A DNA stretch of 40,594 nt, taken from contig NW_021835345.1 in assembly GCF_006345805.1 (NCBI RefSeq), positions 1-40,594 of the forward strand, read 5' to 3'. A program made the position numbers and the translations under genes. A model generated the notes under the pieces. It had not been told where the DNA came from, did no database searches, and was given only the letters and a program-made list of their open reading frames with translations. This DNA is from Octopus sinensis (lineage: Eukaryota). How positions within the stretch are numbered: position 1 is the first letter of the stretch; the number at the start of each line of letters is the position of its first letter. Positions 35,359 to 40,594 of this stretch are shown piece after piece.

Positions 35359-36743
35359 AGTATGTATATTTATTTTCAAACACAGTACGTCTATAAGAGA
35401 TTTTATATCGCATCCAAACCGCAGTAACTTGCTGTCAACGGTCTGTATATACATAAAATATGATATATAGTTGGCCAGTTTAATATAGTACTGCATTAAT
35501 TACGTCTAGCGGAATAAAAAGTGTTTCGTTTCAGTACTGAAACAGTTTATTAAACAGCAGAAATTTGCTAGCAACTCGTATTTTGTAAAATAAATAAAAG
35601 AAGAAATTAAAATGATTTAAAAAAAAAACTAAAGTAATTCGTTTTAAAATGGAAGTCATTTATTAAAACGAAACTAGAAATTGCGAGTCATTGACCTTTA
35701 GAAAAACACAGGGCTGGTCGTATTATAAATTGTGAGTACCTTTTTAATACGATCATTAACCTTGGCGTAATTTTAATAAATTTGTGCCACATTAACCTCC
35801 CAAGATATTTATTCGAGAATTAATTCTGTGTTAGCTTGTTCTGGCTGGAGTTTTATTTTTTTCGAGTTTAGTCATGGCTGAGTGAGTTATCGAAACTCTT
35901 ATAATGAAATCTTATTGCTGTACAGTTACCGCAAGGAAGCAGGGAATTTTTATATTATTATTATTATTATTATTATTACTATTATTATTATTTTTATTAT
36001 TGTTATTATTATCATTATTTTATTTTCACGCTGTTTATTGCAGATATTTTCAATGTACACTATGACTCTGGATAAATATTTCTGTCAAAGAAACTTATAA
36101 TGTCTGATGTCTTTCATCTTCATTCTTGGAAATGGGGGAAAAAAACTAAGTGCAATATTCTACTTTGAGAATCAACACCAGATTCTTTTATATAACTGCA
36201 TTGTAGCAGAGGCATGAGAAAACGTTGCAGATCTGATCTGATTGATTTAGTCGTTTTTGATTGCTTAATATTCTAAATTATTGCTAGTGCTAATTTGTAG
36301 CATCATTGCGCTTTCCTATAAGAAACGTATGATAATGAGTGCCATGTCCACAACAATGCATCATGTACACTTTAAAGTCATAATTCTCCCACGATTGATT
36401 ATTGTAGGAGACGTTGTTGCCTCATCAGATTGTACTGCAAGTTTTATTACGTTAGGTTTTTTTGTTTGTTTTTCGTTGTTGTTTTTTGTGTGCTTCGTTT
36501 ATTTCAATTCTATTTTAAACATAAAACGGCTTGGATTTACCGGATGTGAAAGCATATGAAAACTCCTTTGAATGACGCCGACACAACTAATCATAGCTTT
36601 GCATTCACAGTGCTTCTCACATCTCCAGCAAACACAGTTTTAGTCACTTCTAGCAATGACATTAGCTATAGCTTAAACAAGCTATTTCAGCCGCCTTTAT
36701 TACTAGTTACAAATACCATTTTAAAAAGCCTAGACAAAAGCTC

Positions 36744-36774
<31 letters not shown>

Positions 36775-36778
36775 CTTT

Positions 36779-36992
36779 TCTACTCTAGGCACAAGGCCCG
36801 AAATATCTTAGGGGAGGGGGCCAGTCGATTAGATCGACTCCAGTACGCAACTGGTACTTAATTTATCCACCCCGAAAGGATGAAAGGCAAAGTCGACCTC
36901 GGCGGATTTTGAACTTAGAACGTAAAGACAGACGAAATACTGCTAAGCATTTCGCCCGGCGTGCTAACCTTTCTGCCAGCTCGACACCTTAA
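36779..36992 (-). mobile_element. SINE family B monomer (tail B), full length
   Basis: Head GAGCTGGCAGAAAGGTTAGCACGCCGGGCG, core, tail GATCTAATCGACTGGCCCC...TTGTGCCTAGAGTAGAAAAG. Confidence 0.9.
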
Positions 36993-37094
36993 ACATTTAG
37001 TAAGACCACCCTGTAATTCTTGGCAGAGATTATGATATATAATATTAATATAGTCGTAAGTATGTCTCTAAACACACACACATACACACACATA

Positions 37095-37332
37095 TACTCT
37101 TTTTACTTGTTTCAGTCATTTGACTGTGGCCATGCTGGAGCCATAGCAGTTTTAGAGGCGGAGTAAATCGAATTCATTGACCCCAGTGTCCAAATAGCGT
37201 TCATTTCACCGGTCCTGAAATGATGAAAGGCAAAGCCAACTTCGGTGGGATTTGAACTCAGAACATAAAGACGGACGAAATGCTGCTAAGCATTTTGCCT
37301 GGCGTGTTAAGGATTCTGCCAGCTCGGCTCCT
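37095..37332 (-). mobile_element. Adjacent SINE pieces: family A 3' end (37095-37150) and diverged family B 5' part (37165-37332)
   Basis: CTTTTTACTTGTTTCAGTCATTTGACTGTGGCCATGCTGG; GATGAAAGGCAAAGCCAACTTCGG...TTCTGCCAGCTCG. Confidence 0.75.
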
Positions 37333-37335
37333 TAC

Positions 37336-37722
37336 GTGGGGGTGGCTGTGTGGTAAGTAGCTTGCTTACGAATCACATACTTCCGGGTTCAGTCCCATTG
37401 CGTAGCACCTTGGGCAAATGTCTTCTACTATAGCCTCGAGCTGACCAAAGCCTTGTGAGTGGATTTGGTAGACGGAAACTTAAAGAAGCCCGTCGTATAT
37501 ATGTTTATATATATATGTATATGTGTGTATATGTTTGTGTGTCAGTGTTTGTCCCCCCCCCCACATCGCTTGTCAACCGATGCGGGTGTGTTACGTCTCT
37601 GTAACTTAGCAGTTCGGCAAAAGAGGCCGATAGAACAAGTCCTGGGATCGATTTGTTCGACTAAAGGCGGTGCTCCAGCATGGCCACGGTCACATGACTG
37701 AAACTAGTAAAATAGTAAAAGA
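37336..37722 (+). mobile_element. SINE family A, full length
   Basis: GGTGGCTGTGTGGTAAGTAGCTTGCTT...CCAGCATGGCCACGGTCACATGACTGAAAC. Confidence 0.9.
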
Positions 37723-38784
37723 GTATATATTATATATATATTATATATTATATAATATATAGTATATATTATACATACATTACATATATACACACATATT
37801 GATAGTGTTTTGTGCTTGTGTCTGTTTATGTGCGTGCGTATATTTCTCGATACACGTCTTTATGATTTTCTACATGTATATTCGGGTTTATGTATGTAGG
37901 TTTGAGGCAAAGTTTCTCTGCACGAAACAACTTACTCTCCTGCCATCTATTACTTCGCAGTACACATATATTAAAAAAAGACACACACACAGAGGAGAGA
38001 CGAGACACAGAGAGAGAGAGAGAGCAATACACGCATATATATATACACATACATACACAAAAGAAAAAAGGATACACACACCAACTGTTCAACGTCGCAC
38101 GATGTCATCCTTACTCTCACTCAAATAGAAGCAACCCATTTCACTCTCCAATCAATGACCCAAATTGAACTTCAAATGAAAAATGCTTTAGCCAAAAACT
38201 TTAATTAATCTCCCATAATATTATTTTTTCTCATTTCTTTTAATATCCAAATTGCCACTCTTAGATAAAAATCATATTTATCTAGACCTATATCTTTTAT
38301 GACAAGATTTTTTATTGTTTAAATTAATATATATACAGACAAAATTAATATACACACATCCGTACATAGGGATATCCATACGAGCACCATTTACATTAAT
38401 ACATAAAATACAAACATAAGAATTGAAACAACCATCGTACGCCACACATGCTACCCTAAAGCCAAACCCATCATCACTAAATATGGCATCCATTTCTCGT
38501 CCATGAATTTTTTGTACATTTCCATATTTTAATGATTTAGTATCGAACTGTCTAATCCCATTAAACGATCTTTAACCTGAAACTAAATTGATCACTCTCT
38601 TCCCACCTCTCTCTCTCTCTCCTGTCGCCCCCTCTCTCTCTCCCTCTCTCTCCTCTACCTCTATCTATCTACCTCCTCCTCTCTCTCTTTCTATTTCTCA
38701 TTCTCAGAGTTTGAAGTACCAAGTGCAACCCAAAAACCCAATTACTTCGCCAGTTTTTCTTTCATCTTTTATCTTTTATCTCTG

Positions 38785-38901
38785 ACCTCTTTCAATAATT
38801 AGACTGCGGCCATGCTGGGGCACTGCCTTGAAAAGAAGGTAATGGGTGTTTATGCATATTTCAGGAGTTATTTCTCCAGCACTCACATCAATATATATAT
38901 A

Positions 38902-38966
<65 letters not shown>

Positions 38967-39345
38967 CTATACACAGACATGTATATATATTCTTTTATTC
39001 TTTTATTTGTTTCAGTCATTTTACTGAGGCCATCACCGTCTTTAGTCGAGCAAATCGACCCCAGGGCTTATTCTTTATAAGCCTACTTATTCTATCGGTC
39101 ACTTTTGCCTAACCGCTAAGCTACGAAGACGTAAACACACCACACAGACACATAATGTATATATATATATATATATATACACGACAGGTTTCTTCCAGTT
39201 TTCCGTCTACCAAATCTACTCACAAGGTTTTGGCCGGCCCGAGGCTATAGTAGAAAACACTTGCCCAAGGTGCCGCGATGTGGTATTGAACCCGGAGCCA
39301 TGTGGTTGGTAAGCAAGCTACTTACCACACAGCCACTCCGGCGCC
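38785..39345 (-). mobile_element. SINE family A pieces (3' end 38785-38832; near-full copy 38992-39345)
   Basis: Reverse complement of the family A blocks; head CTTACCACACAGCCACTCCGGCGCC at about 39345. Confidence 0.85.
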
Positions 39346-40024
39346 TAAAGCACATAAGCGGCAGATTTATTTTTAAGAGACGGGCTTCCCATAAGGTTTA
39401 ATGCAGTAAGAAACTCTCTTGCAAAAGCCTACTTGAAACTGGCAGGAATCTAATGCGCCTATGCGCCTTGTCCGTCATCAAAAATGTTACATACAGATAC
39501 ACAAGGATATATTGGTTTATCAGATAAATTCGTTCAGAATTTTGGGGAGGGGAGATTTTTTATTTTATCTATTCCAGTTCCTTCCAATGGTATTGAATTA
39601 ACATAAAAAATAATTTATCATAGCGTTTTTTTGTGTTTGTTTTTTTGAGGTTTGGGGTGGTTTTTGTTTGGTGGGGTGGTTGTTGTGTCTTATAGCTTTA
39701 TTCTTCCTCTAATACTTTTGTTTATCCTGTTTGAATTTTGAATAAATTTTTATCTCTTTTCAGACGCATGAAAAGTCGAGTGCAAGTAAAACAAAAATAA
39801 ACCGACAAATTTATCTGTCAATTCAATATGTAAATGCAGACAGACAGACAGACAGACAGATAGACAGACACACAGACATAATTTTCGAAGTACTCGGTTA
39901 AAGGATTGACTACCCCAGTGCCAATAATGAGAAAAAGAGTCCTATCTGACCAATAGGAAAATGCCGACGCCGAAGACTATAGCTATTAAAGGAAATCCAA
40001 ACTTACTTTGTAAGGACAAGCAGC

Positions 40025-40436
<412 letters not shown>

Positions 40437-40544
40437 GTATATATATATATATATTATATATTATATAATATATATATGCTGCGGCGAATTCTGCGGTTGT
40501 TGTCGGGTATGTGATGTGTTTTTTTCTTACATGTCTTGAGTTCG

Positions 40545-40594
40545 TTGTACTGAAGAGCATAGAATGCATATTCTGCATTGATTGCGAAATCACA
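40545..40594 (+). ncRNA. Hammerhead ribozyme core, truncated by the window end
   Basis: CTGAAGA (40550-40556), stem II GCA...AATGCA-TATTC-TGCATT...TGC (40557-40585), GAAA (40586-40589); stem III and cleavage site cannot be resolved in this window. Confidence 0.55.

Noticed and set aside
16170-37722. Head-to-head divergent SINE pairs (16300/16327; 37332/37336)
   Set aside because: Expected by chance at this SINE density.

Overview
Eukaryotic, AT-rich, repeat-saturated DNA. The SINE repertoire (tRNA-derived CORE-type and Meta-like families with -AAGTAAAAGAATA tails) and the density of (TA)n/(CA)n/(ATAC)n arrays point to an octopus (coleoid cephalopod) genome; this is inference from recalled repeat families, not a database result. 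I found no supportable host protein-coding gene, and nearly all ORFs in the track are translated microsatellites. Recognisable coding remnants are all from mobile elements: (1) a 5'-truncated RTE/BovB-clade LINE (31661-34103, minus) in one reading frame with two TGA stops, three C-terminal C2H2 fingers and a 50-bp-plus flanking duplication; (2) a young Penelope-like element (PLE) with RT-thumb/GIY-YIG remnant, an inverted 3' copy and a nested SINE (7415-9311); (3) an old decayed PLE (about 19760-21990); (4) fragments of an RLE-type LINE, a CR1/L2-type LINE, two mariners, a Helitron-like element and a possible MULE. The most interesting unannotated signals are hammerhead-ribozyme (HHR) folds: a nearly canonical type I HHR (10588-10648, minus) inside a 466-bp partial tandem, a canonical HHR core cut by the window end (40550-40594), and a variant HHR in the PLE 3' ends. 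Also notable are a near-perfect 400-bp fold-back palindrome (25112-25513) and SINEs amplified as 184-bp internal tandem units with the same junction at three loci. All protein and family assignments are from manual translation and recalled motifs; no searches were run.
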